This document shows, piece after piece, positions 50,510 to 58,928 of a stretch of 64,000 nucleotides of DNA. The DNA is from an uncultured Gammaproteobacteria bacterium (GTDB taxonomy: Bacteria; Patescibacteriota; Patescibacteriia; XYB2-FULL-38-15). Under the pieces are notes generated by a model, which saw nothing but the letters and a program-made list of their open reading frames with translations, did no database searches and had not been told where the DNA came from. The position numbers were made by a program, and so were the translations under genes. Positions within the stretch are counted from its first letter, which is position 1. Every line of letters starts with the position of its first letter. The stretch lies in contig OZ246416.1 in the NCBI GenBank assembly GCA_965231095.1, forward strand, positions 343,277-407,276. Direction: 5' to 3'.

Positions 50510-51586
50510 TTAACTCTTATCCAATTCTTCCAATAATTCTTTTTGCCGACGGGAAAGATTGGTCGGCGTCATAACAATAACTTCCACCAGTTGATCCCCG
50601 CGGCCGTAACTATTTAAATGCGGCACGCCTTTTCCTTTCAAACGGAAAATCTGTCCCGACTGCGTTCCCTCCGGAATGGTTAATTTTATTTTTCCATCCA
50701 AAGTTTCTATTTCAATTTTTTCACCCAGCGCCGCCTGACTAAAATTTATTTCCACCCGACTTAAAATATCATCTTTCTTTCTTTTAAATTCTTTATCCGG
50801 CGCGATACTCATTGTCACAAATAAATCTCCTGCCTTTCCGCCGTGTTCGGCTGCCTCCCCTTCTCCGGAAATTTTTATCGTCTCGCCGTCATCAATCCCG
50901 GCCGGAATTTTTATTTTCAATTTTTGGCTGTCGCGGGTAACGCCTTTGCCGCGGCAAACTGAACATTCTTTTTCCGGAATTTTTCCCGCCCCGCCGCACT
51001 TACTGCAAGTCGCAACTGTTTGAATATTTCCTAAAAATGTTCGCTGGAGAACTTGCACCCGACCCGATCCGCCGCAATTTACGCAAGAGACAACTTTACT
51101 TTTGGGATCCGCGCCGCTTCCCCCGCAATTTTTACAAACGGAGGGCTTATACATTTCTAAAACTTTTTCCGTGCCAAAAATTGCTTCGCGAAAATCAATC
51201 CTCATTTCAACTTCAATATCCCGGCCGCGGGAGGCGCGCGATTTTTTTCTTCCGCCGCCAAAAACATCGCCAAATCCAAACATCTCTCCCAAATCTCCCA
51301 TATCAAAACCATTAGCAAAACCGGAAAAATCCCTGAAGCCCTCAAAACCAGAAAAACCACCTTGACCCTGAGCGTTTTCAAAGGTGGTTCCGAATTGGTC
51401 GTACTGTTGGCGTTTCTCCGGATTTCCCAAAACTTGGTAGGCCTCGTTGATTTCTTTAAACTGATCCGCGTTCCCGCCATTTTTATCCGGATGATATTTG
51501 TGCGCCAACTCGCGGAAGGCTTTTTTAATTTCTTCCGCTGACGCAGTTTTCGAAACGCCTAAAATTTTATAATAATCTTTTGCCAT
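50510..51586 (-). CDS. dnaJ: Chaperone DnaJ
   Basis: MAKDYYKILGV, HPD, four CxxCxGxG repeats; start moved to 51586. Confidence 0.96.
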   Translation of the reverse strand: MAKDYYKILGVSKTASAEEIKKAFRELAHKYHPDKNGGNADQFKEINEAYQVLGNPEKRQQYDQFGTTFENAQGQGGFSGFEGFRDFSGFANGFDMGDLGEMFGFGDVFGGGRKKSRASRGRDIEVEMRIDFREAIFGTEKVLEMYKPSVCKNCGGSGADPKSKVVSCVNCGGSGRVQVLQRTFLGNIQTVATCSKCGGAGKIPEKECSVCRGKGVTRDSQKLKIKIPAGIDDGETIKISGEGEAAEHGGKAGDLFVTMSIAPDKEFKRKKDDILSRVEINFSQAALGEKIEIETLDGKIKLTIPEGTQSGQIFRLKGKGVPHLNSYGRGDQLVEVIVMTPTNLSRRQKELLEELDKS

Positions 51587-51614
51587 CTTCTTTTTCCTTT
51601 TTTCTTTCCGGCGA

Positions 51615-51747
51615 AAATTAGTCGCTAAGAAAAACTTGCGGAGGCCTCGCGGGCATGGTTTGTCGCGAAGCGACAAGAGCGAGGCCGAGCATTGAGCAGC
51701 GATTTTCACGCTGGGAAAATAGACTGCGTTTTTTCTTGTGACTAATT
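51615..51747. mobile_element. ~133-bp MITE/REP-like element between dnaK and dnaJ
   Basis: Terminal IR aattagtcgctaagaaaaa / tttttcttgtgactaatt; shares CTTGCGGAGG...CCGAGC..GAGC with 18970-19127. Confidence 0.6.
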
Positions 51748-51755
51748 CGAGCCTC

Positions 51756-53666
51756 TTATTTTACTTCTTCAAACTCCCCTTCCACTGTCTTATCTTTTTT
51801 CTTTTCATCTTTATTCCCTGAGCCTGTCGAAGGGCCGGCTCCACCTTGCGGCGGCTGTTGCTGCTGCTGCGACTGGTACATCGCCGCGCCGACTTTCTGC
51901 GCCGTTTGCGCTAAATCATCAGCCGCTTTCTTGATGGCTTCTTTATCATCGCTATCCTTCACTTTTTTCAACGCTTCCATTTTTTCTTCAATCGCTTTTT
52001 TGTCTTCAGCCTTAACTTTATCTCCCGCGTCTTTTAACATTTTTTCCGTGGTATAAATTATCGTCTCGGCGGTATTTCGCAAATCAATCAATTCTTTTTT
52101 CTTCAAATCATCGGCCGCGTGCGCCTCGGCTTCTTTTTTCATCCGCTCAATTTCATCTTTTGACAAACCGGTTGAGGCAGTAATGGTGATTGATTGTTCA
52201 ACGTTCGTGGCTTTATCTTTTGCTTTCACATTTAAAATTCCATTAGCATCAATATCAAAAGTCACTTCAACCTGCGGCACGCCGCGCGGCGCCGGAGGAA
52301 TTCCCGAAAGCATAAATCTTCCCAAAGTTTTATTATCCGCCGCCATTGGCCGCTCGCCTTGCAACACATGAATCTCAACCGAAGTCTGGCCATCAGCAGC
52401 CGTAGAAAATACTTGCGACTTGGAAGTCGGGACTGTGGTATTGCGGTTGATTAATGGAGTCAAAACTCCGCCCAATGTTTCTAAGCCCAAAGTTAATGGT
52501 GTAACATCAAGCAATAAAATATCGCGCACTTCTCCTTGCATAACTCCGGCCTGAACCGCCGCGCCAATCGCCACAACTTCATCGGGATTGACCGACAAGT
52601 TTGGTTTTTTTCTAAAAAAGTTTTCCACGGTCTGCAAAACCAAAGGCATTCTTGTCATTCCGCCGACCATGACCACTTCCTGAATATCTTTAATATCCAT
52701 TTTCGCGTCGGCCAATGCTTTTTTGCACGGCTCCAAAGTCGCCTGAACCAAATCGCCAACCAATTCTTCCAATTTTGCCCGCGTCATTTTCATTACCAAA
52801 TGTTTCGGTCCGCCGGCGTCGGAAGTAATGAATGGCTGATTGATTTCCGATTCCATGGCGGTTGATAATTCTATTTTCGCTTTTTCCGCCGCTTCTTTAA
52901 TTCTTTGCAACGCCAAATTATCTTTTGATAAATCAATCCCCTGATCTTTTTTAAATTCATTCAAAATCCAGTGAATTATTCTCTGGTCAAAATCGTCGCC
53001 GCCCAAATGCGTGTCGCCGTTTGTCGCTTTCACTTCCACCGTGTCCTGGCCAATATCCAAGACCGAAACATCAAAAGTTCCGCCGCCCAAATCGTAAACG
53101 ACAATTTGCTGTCCTTTTTTCTTATCCAAACCATAAGCCAAGGCCGCGGCGGTTGGTTCGTTAATAATTCGGCGAACTTTCAAGCCCGCGATTTCTCCGG
53201 CTTCTTTGGTCGCCTGGCGTTGCGCGTCGTCAAAATAAGCCGGCACGGTGATGACCGCTTCTTCAATTTTCTCCCCGATTTTTTCTTCCGCGTCGCTTTT
53301 CATTTTCTGCAAAACCATGGCGGAGATTTCCTGCGGAGAATATTCTTTGTCCGACATTTTTATTTTCACCCCGACTCCGGATTGGACAATTTTAAAAGGC
53401 AAAACTTTCATATCGCGCTGTACTTCCGTATCGTCAAAACGCCGGCCGATTAAACGCTTAATGGAATAAAGTGTGTTTTCCGGATTGGTCACCGATTGGC
53501 GTTTAGCAATCTGTCCGACCAATCTTTCGCCGTTTTTTGAAACAGCGACAACCGAAGGCGTGGTTCTCGCGCCCTCTTTATTTTCCAACACTTTCGGCTC
53601 GCCGCCTTCAATGACGGCCATGCAAGAATTAGTAGTTCCGAGATCTATACCTAAAATCTTTGGCAT
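51756..53666 (-). CDS. dnaK: Chaperone DnaK
   Basis: [26 protein letters not shown]-terminal EGEFEEVK. Confidence 0.98.
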   Translation of the reverse strand: MPKILGIDLGTTNSCMAVIEGGEPKVLENKEGARTTPSVVAVSKNGERLVGQIAKRQSVTNPENTLYSIKRLIGRRFDDTEVQRDMKVLPFKIVQSGVGVKIKMSDKEYSPQEISAMVLQKMKSDAEEKIGEKIEEAVITVPAYFDDAQRQATKEAGEIAGLKVRRIINEPTAAALAYGLDKKKGQQIVVYDLGGGTFDVSVLDIGQDTVEVKATNGDTHLGGDDFDQRIIHWILNEFKKDQGIDLSKDNLALQRIKEAAEKAKIELSTAMESEINQPFITSDAGGPKHLVMKMTRAKLEELVGDLVQATLEPCKKALADAKMDIKDIQEVVMVGGMTRMPLVLQTVENFFRKKPNLSVNPDEVVAIGAAVQAGVMQGEVRDILLLDVTPLTLGLETLGGVLTPLINRNTTVPTSKSQVFSTAADGQTSVEIHVLQGERPMAADNKTLGRFMLSGIPPAPRGVPQVEVTFDIDANGILNVKAKDKATNVEQSITITASTGLSKDEIERMKKEAEAHAADDLKKKELIDLRNTAETIIYTTEKMLKDAGDKVKAEDKKAIEEKMEALKKVKDSDDKEAIKKAADDLAQTAQKVGAAMYQSQQQQQPPQGGAGPSTGSGNKDEKKKDKTVEGEFEEVK

Positions 53667-53684
53667 ATTATTTATACTTTGTAA

Positions 53685-54386
53685 TTATTTATTTTTGTTA
53701 ATTATATTTTGTGCGTATTTTGACGGCACACAAAGCCCCATGTTGGCAGGAATGTCCGCAACTTTTCCGTCAGGCAACGGAATTTTTGAAGAAATTTTTC
53801 CGCTTGCCATCGCCACAACTTTTCCGCTATCTACGGAAAAAACCGGCGAACCGCTGGAGCCGTTATTAATGTGTGTATCAACCATAAAAAAATGCAACGA
53901 GCCATCAACGCCTCTCCTTTTGACAGCGCTGATAATACATTTACTCGCATTCATCGTGACGCCAAAATTCATCATCATGAGTTCTAAAGCCAACGGATAA
54001 CCCAAAATCAAAACTTCGTCACCTTCGTTAATTTTTTCCGAGTCATCAAATCCTTCAATTGCCTGAAATTCCGCCGCACTATCCGTTATCTGCATTAATG
54101 CCGTGTCATTTTCAACATCAATATCCAAAAACTTCATTGGATATTTTTTGTAGTGAGCAATTCCCCTTTCGTCAATTTTGTCTGGAAGCATAATGCCCAA
54201 ATACTGCCGATCATTTTCTGCGATTTGGTTGTAGACGTGTGCACAAGTTAAAAATTTACCGTCCGAGCTAACTACAAAACCCGTGCCGCGTATGCTAACC
54301 TGGCTTTGTCCATTTGCCGACGGTTTTTCAATCGCCACTAAACCGATTGATTTTTTGTTTTCTCCAATAATTTTTGACGTTTTCAT
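53685..54386 (-). CDS. Trypsin-like serine protease without PDZ or signal peptide
   Basis: GTGFVV...LTCAHV (His), DTALM (Asp), NNGSSGSP (Ser). Confidence 0.88.
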   Translation of the reverse strand: MKTSKIIGENKKSIGLVAIEKPSANGQSQVSIRGTGFVVSSDGKFLTCAHVYNQIAENDRQYLGIMLPDKIDERGIAHYKKYPMKFLDIDVENDTALMQITDSAAEFQAIEGFDDSEKINEGDEVLILGYPLALELMMMNFGVTMNASKCIISAVKRRGVDGSLHFFMVDTHINNGSSGSPVFSVDSGKVVAMASGKISSKIPLPDGKVADIPANMGLCVPSKYAQNIINKNK

Positions 54387-54393
54387 ATCAATT

Positions 54394-54945
54394 TTATTTA
54401 TAAATTATTTTTTTATTAAAATTTACGAACTCCCCAATTTTATTATCTAATCTCTCTCGGTACCTGGGATAATATTTTTCAGGACTACCGTATTTTTGTA
54501 GAGCGCTTGCTTTCGGTAAAAAAAATATTGGTTTTTGGAAAGCCAAACAGGAAAGGACTACTACGTGATAGTCGGAAGTTGCTCGGACGGGGTAAATTCC
54601 TCCCATAGCCAACGCCACATCGAAGGGTCCATACTTTTTGACCATCTCATCAATAACGGGACCCTGGGTGCCCGAAAGAATTTGTTCGAGTTTGAGTTTT
54701 TCAAATCTTCCGTCAGAATTAGAACAAAGCTCTCCCTCTAAAGTAAGAATTCTCGTCCCTGCGCTAATTTCACCGCCGTAACTTGAATAAATATCGCCCC
54801 TTGTACAACAGGCGTCCAGAACGATACTCCCCGTACGGCCTTGTATTAATTGCCTAGTCAAACTCGATCCCCAATCTACAATTTCTGATTTAACTCCGCC
54901 GCCGTCAGGAGTGTTTAAAAAACATTTTAAAATTTTTTGAGACAT
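54394..54945 (-). CDS. Hypothetical protein, possibly a degenerate SAM-binding fold
   Basis: IVLDACCTRG and FDVAL loosely resemble class I methyltransferase motifs. Confidence 0.5.
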   Translation of the reverse strand: MSQKILKCFLNTPDGGGVKSEIVDWGSSLTRQLIQGRTGSIVLDACCTRGDIYSSYGGEISAGTRILTLEGELCSNSDGRFEKLKLEQILSGTQGPVIDEMVKKYGPFDVALAMGGIYPVRATSDYHVVVLSCLAFQKPIFFLPKASALQKYGSPEKYYPRYRERLDNKIGEFVNFNKKIIYK

Positions 54946-55119
54946 AAAGTTATAAATTATTTATTTTAATTCTCCGCAAATTTCTGTTCTCCGCCTTGGG
55001 CGGAGGACAATTTATCTGCAAACAATTACTCTTGACTTTTTTTAAATTTGTGATAGAATTTTTCATTCGGATGATCATTTTCTCCCCCTGAGGGAGCGAC
55101 CGAAAAGGAGGGCAAACCA

Positions 55120-55413
55120 GTGGAAAAACCTCGGGACATAAATCTGCTCGGTCTGGCTATCATCGAACATCGCGGCGACGGCGAGACCGTTGTCGGCAGA
55201 ATCGAATTCGCCAGTGTGACCGGCGATGGCTGTCTCGACGTTGACTGGCATCACACCGGCGACTGGGTGATGGGCAGAGAGACGCTGTTCATACCGAAGT
55301 GCTGGCGCTGCAACGTCGCGGCGAACGGCATCTTCCTCGAGCGCACCAGCAAGGAGCCGCACGGACTCAAGAGTCCGTGGCACGACGCAGAGCTGTACGA
55401 GATCCTGTGGTAG
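55120..55413 (+). CDS. GC-rich orphan protein inserted antisense within the heat-shock cluster
   Basis: TTGACT-16-TAGAAT promoter (55032-55059), SD AAGGAGG, GTG start, GC3-rich codons. Confidence 0.7.
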   Translation: MEKPRDINLLGLAIIEHRGDGETVVGRIEFASVTGDGCLDVDWHHTGDWVMGRETLFIPKCWRCNVAANGIFLERTSKEPHGLKSPWHDAELYEILW

Positions 55414-55482
55414 AGGGCGACAGCGATCCCGTTCCGCCTCATCAACGCGTTCATTCGGAACTCTTCCGGGTGGCGCGTTTTT

Positions 55483-55896
55483 TTATTTCTTCCCCTTCAC
55501 CACTTTCACTTTAATCGCCTTGCTCTTCGCTTCCGGCGCTTTGGGGATTGTGATTTTCAACATTCCATTTTCCGATTTGGCTTCGGCTTTGTTCCCGAGA
55601 ACCGCGACCGGCAAGCGGACCGAGCGGTGAAAACTTCCGTAGCGGACTTCTTTGCGGTAAAAATTCTTTTCATCAACTTCGCTTTGCCGTTCAGTTTTTC
55701 CGTCAACGGTTAAGACATCATTTTCAATGGAAACTTCCACATCTTCCGGATCAATGCCGGTAAGCGGAGTTTCAACAACGACCGCGTCTTTGGTTTGATA
55801 AATATCCAACGCCGGGACAAAACCGCCCACGCCTTCTTCAAAAAATCTGTCCAAATCTCCAAATTGTTCCCAGGGATTCCATTTGATAATTGGCAT
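55483..55896 (-). CDS. Hsp20/alpha-crystallin small heat-shock protein
   Basis: PALDIYQT, YGSFHRSVRLP, ENGMLKITIPK. Confidence 0.93.
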   Translation of the reverse strand: MPIIKWNPWEQFGDLDRFFEEGVGGFVPALDIYQTKDAVVVETPLTGIDPEDVEVSIENDVLTVDGKTERQSEVDEKNFYRKEVRYGSFHRSVRLPVAVLGNKAEAKSENGMLKITIPKAPEAKSKAIKVKVVKGKK

Positions 55897-55918
55897 AGTT
55901 TTTTAAATTAATAATTTT

Positions 55919-56404
55919 TTATTCACTAACAATTACTTTTGCCGCGATGAGCGTTTTTCCATTCATCTTATATCCGCCAGCAACTTCTTCAACTATCATA
56001 TCCGATTCCACGCCTTCTTTTTTCATCCGGCTCACCGCTTCGTGAAATTCCGGATTGAATTTTTCTCCGACAGATTTTATTTCTTCCACGCCGAATTTTT
56101 TAAAAACTTCCTCAAATTGTTTTTTGATATTTAAAATTCCCTCAACCCATTTATCTCCGCTATTTTCCATGGCGCACGCTTTTTTCAATCCGTCGTAAAT
56201 CGGCAAAAATTTCATCAACATCCCGCCCGCGACAAATTGCGCCAGCTCCGCGCTCGCTGTTTCATTTTCTTTTTTTAAATTCAAATAATCGGCTTTCGCC
56301 CGTTTCCATCCATTCAAATATTCTTCCGCCTGTTTTTTACACGCTTCCAATTCCGAGAGAGCCGCATCTTTTTTTTCTTCTGTTTTTTGCTTATCGTCTG
56401 CCAT
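55919..56404 (-). CDS. grpE: Nucleotide exchange factor GrpE
   Basis: RAKADYLNLKK, GEKFNPEFHEAV, GYKMNGK..AAKVIV. Confidence 0.94.
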   Translation of the reverse strand: MADDKQKTEEKKDAALSELEACKKQAEEYLNGWKRAKADYLNLKKENETASAELAQFVAGGMLMKFLPIYDGLKKACAMENSGDKWVEGILNIKKQFEEVFKKFGVEEIKSVGEKFNPEFHEAVSRMKKEGVESDMIVEEVAGGYKMNGKTLIAAKVIVSE

Positions 56405-56406
56405 AA

Positions 56407-57099
56407 TTATATTTTATTTAACAAATCTTTCACTTCGCGGATAAGGGCGATGTTTTTTCCGTAATCCATCCGGATCGGTCCCAAAACCGCAACAAGTCCA
56501 GTCTTTTTATTTTTTCCGCGGTATTTGCTGACGACCGCGCCGCAACTTTCGCTGAACGGATTTTTCTTGCCGATTAAAACTTTTATTTCCTCTTTTGTCT
56601 CTTCAAAAATCTCATTTATAATTTCGTCCAAATGATCAACGACTTCGCCGATCCGATAAACCAAATCCTGGTCGTGGAATTCCGGCTTGGCAAAAAGATT
56701 GGAAAGTCCGGTGTAATAAACATCATTTTTCCCGAAAGCCAAAATCACGGCTTCCTCAGTTAGTTCGGCCAGAACTTTAGCCAAACTTTTTTCCGGATAT
56801 TCCGTTGCCCGCGCCGCCCGTTCCAGTTCTTTTTTTTCTTTTCCCGCGGCTTCCAGTTTTCCTTCCGGCAAATTGGCCAGATAAAAATTAAAACCTGCCT
56901 CGGTCGGAATCCGGCCGGCGGAAGTGTGCGGCTGAACAAGATATCCTTCTTCTTCCAAATCCGCCATCTCATTTCGTAATGTTGCCGAACTTATTTTAAA
57001 ACCGCCCCGTCCGGCCAACATTTTTGAAGCAACCGGCGTGGCTTTTTTTATATATTCGTGGATAACCGACAAGAGCAATTTTTCCTTTCGTTTTTCCAT
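56407..57099 (-). CDS. hrcA: Heat-inducible repressor HrcA (short form)
   Basis: SSATLRNEMADLEEEGYLVQPHTSAGRIPT; GPIRMDY. Confidence 0.93.
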   Translation of the reverse strand: MEKRKEKLLLSVIHEYIKKATPVASKMLAGRGGFKISSATLRNEMADLEEEGYLVQPHTSAGRIPTEAGFNFYLANLPEGKLEAAGKEKKELERAARATEYPEKSLAKVLAELTEEAVILAFGKNDVYYTGLSNLFAKPEFHDQDLVYRIGEVVDHLDEIINEIFEETKEEIKVLIGKKNPFSESCGAVVSKYRGKNKKTGLVAVLGPIRMDYGKNIALIREVKDLLNKI

Positions 57100-57119
57100 A
57101 TTAAACTATTTTATACCTG

Positions 57120-57146
57120 TTAGCAATCGGCGTCAAGGACTGCTAA
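57120..57146. promoter_or_regulatory. CIRCE operator
   Basis: TTAGCAATC-N9-GACTGCTAA versus consensus TTAGCACTC-N9-GAGTGCTAA, just upstream of hrcA and downstream of a TTGACG-17-TAAAAT promoter. Confidence 0.9.
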
Positions 57147-57201
57147 TACCATTTTACAAAACCAAAAAGCAGCCGTCAAGGCTGCCTTTCTTAATCTCTA
57201 A

Positions 57202-57774
57202 TTACTTATTAAACTGATGCCCAATTTCCGAAAGAAGAACATTTTCCACATGAATTCCCCGCGGATGGAAAATTCTGTCCAGCTCGTTCGTGATCGCCAT
57301 TTCAATTTGATTTCTCTGGAGCGAGACAATATCTTGTCCGGAGTAAAGCGAAGCAATCATGCGGAGCCGGCTTCTAATCGTCGGCCGAATAATTTTTTCC
57401 ACAAAATCTTCGCCGATGTTTTGCCAGATGTATGGAATCTGTTCCATATCCAGCCGCAAAAGAATTGTTCCTTCAATTCCAATATTTTTACTATCAAGCG
57501 TCACGGCGCCAATCGGCGCGTCGCCTAAAGCGCGGAGATTATTAACATTAAAATCTTTGCTGATATTATATTCCAAAGTTTGAGTATTAAACAATTTTGC
57601 TCTCTGCCAGAATGGAATTTTCAAATGCAAACCGGGATGCAAAACTTTTTTCAGGACTCCCCTGCCCAAATCGTAAACGCAAGCAACATAACCCGGCGGG
57701 ACAGTGATAAAAAAGCCCTTTAAGACGTCCTCCACGACAAACGAATACATTATTTTGTCTAAGGAATCAGCCAT
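57202..57774 (-). CDS. SPFH/prohibitin domain protein (short, no TM)
   Basis: VPPGYV, PGLHLKIPFWQ, IIRPTIRS, GIHVENVLL; start moved to MADSL. Confidence 0.8.
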   Translation of the reverse strand: MADSLDKIMYSFVVEDVLKGFFITVPPGYVACVYDLGRGVLKKVLHPGLHLKIPFWQRAKLFNTQTLEYNISKDFNVNNLRALGDAPIGAVTLDSKNIGIEGTILLRLDMEQIPYIWQNIGEDFVEKIIRPTIRSRLRMIASLYSGQDIVSLQRNQIEMAITNELDRIFHPRGIHVENVLLSEIGHQFNK

Positions 57775-57845
57775 AAATAAGTGAAAAGTTAAAAGTCGAC
57801 CTAATGCTATATTAGCGGATTCACGCTTTTTGTCAAGGACACAAG

Positions 57846-57951
57846 ACCCCATTAGAAGTTTATGTAAATCTACGTATCCGGCCGGAGCAACGGATATTTT
57901 TATTAAAATTATTTATTTATCTAGTTTAAAAACCTTTACTTCTAACGGGGT
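57846..57951. repeat. Palindromic element bounded by ACCCC(A/G)TTAGAAGT inverted repeats
   Basis: accccattagaagt (57846-57859) and acttctaacggggt (57938-57951), with an internal hairpin. Confidence 0.6.
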
Positions 57952-58006
57952 TAATAACTGCCAACGAAATTTTATTCGCCCGCGGCTCTAAAATTTCGGG
58001 CCAGTT

Positions 58007-58044
58007 AATAAAAGAGCGCCGTGACGAATGAATCGTCACGGCGC
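58007..58044 (-). terminator. Intrinsic terminator ending the non-coding unit
   Basis: gcgccgtgacga/tcgtcacggcgc 12-bp stem followed by TCTTTTATTA on the minus strand. Confidence 0.8.
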
Positions 58045-58830
58045 CGTATCGCGACTTCCTCGCGCGGAGGATTTCCGCACTTGGAAGTACTGATCGAATT
58101 GCGGACACCGCAGAGCGAACGGGGTTGATGCGGGTATCTAATCCGCTCCCGACGCCCGGAACCGTGCTGGCGCCTTGCAGCCCAGATCGATCACGGTTGT
58201 GTCCGCCGTCCACTTGGAGAAAATCCTGGCCTCGAGCTTAGGGTCTTCGGATTTCCACCAAGTGTGCGCCCTCGCCGTGGCGCGCCCGAACCGCCGTAGC
58301 GGTTGGACTTGGGTAAGTAACGCGGGGGCCCCGCGCGTTCTCCCCATACGGCGACTTCATTGCAGTCAGCACAGAGCCTGTGGCCAAAAGCCCGAACCAT
58401 GCTCTCCTTGCTGCTGCAACGTTCCCGCGCCGGGCTCTATCCCTAACCCTTCCAGGGCATAGGCGGATGTCGCGGCAGCACCCCCTTGGGTGGCCCGCTC
58501 GTCCGAGAGCCGGTGGCGCAGGTTGCGCGGCGGTCGAAGGACGGACGGAGGAAGATCGGGGCCGCTGGCGCCGACTCTGTCCATGCGTCCCCATCGAACC
58601 GACCGCGACTTCGTACCGCGCCGAAGCGCGATGTTTTTTGGAGCCCGGCGGCGGCATCTGATCCTGAGGGACCGCCGCCGGGCAAGGAAGGAGGCACACC
58701 GTCGGGTCCGGACTTTCCGGAACAAGAGGTCGCTACGCACCTCCGTGGACGGTGTGGCTGCGGCAGATGGGGCACGGGACGATCCCTGCCGCAACTTTAT
58801 GCCAACGCGAGCTTGCGCTCGCGGAAGCTT
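58045..58830 (-). ncRNA. Candidate ~790-nt structured non-coding RNA containing a 16S-rRNA h24-like hairpin
   Basis: GC-rich and dense in hairpins, no credible ORF, bounded by tRNA-like elements and a terminator; contains GCGG-AUUAGAUAC-CCGC. Confidence 0.6.
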
Positions 58831-58904
58831 CGGAGCGGGTGAGAGGACTTGAACCTCCAACCTGCGGACTGAGATCCGCCGTTCAACCATTGAACTTCAC
58901 CCGC
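58831..58904 (-). tRNA. Aberrant tRNA-like RNA with a Gly-type body and a 6-nt anticodon loop UCUCAG
   Basis: GCGGGTG/CACCCGC acceptor, U73, CCG end; D arm GTTC/GAAC; anticodon stem GCGGA/TCCGC; T-loop TTCAAGT. Confidence 0.7.
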
Positions 58905-58928
58905 TCACGACGAAAAGAACAACTTGAG

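Noticed and set aside
51587-51709. 41-aa N-terminal extension of DnaJ in the ORF track
   Set aside because: It is read-through of the upstream palindromic element; the canonical start MAKDYY is at 51586.
58335-58360. Group II intron domain V (GCCGUAUG on the minus strand)
   Set aside because: No matching 3' strand (ACGUACGGUUC-like), no GUGYG 5' end at an exon boundary and no RT gene.
58706-58720. RNase P RNA call based on GGAAAGUCCGG on the minus strand
   Set aside because: The complementary 3' P4 strand (ACAGAA..CGGCUUA) and the other RNase P conserved regions could not be found.
58045-58830. A genuine 16S rRNA gene
   Set aside because: Only ~790 nt long, most universal 16S sequences are missing or degenerate, and there is no 3' domain or anti-SD; kept only as a mimic/derivative hypothesis.
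57926-58890. Short ORFs across the GC-rich 58-kb region
   Set aside because: They overlap in all frames, are low-complexity Arg/Pro/Ala, lack SDs and run through tRNA-like structures; typical GC-rich shadow ORFs.
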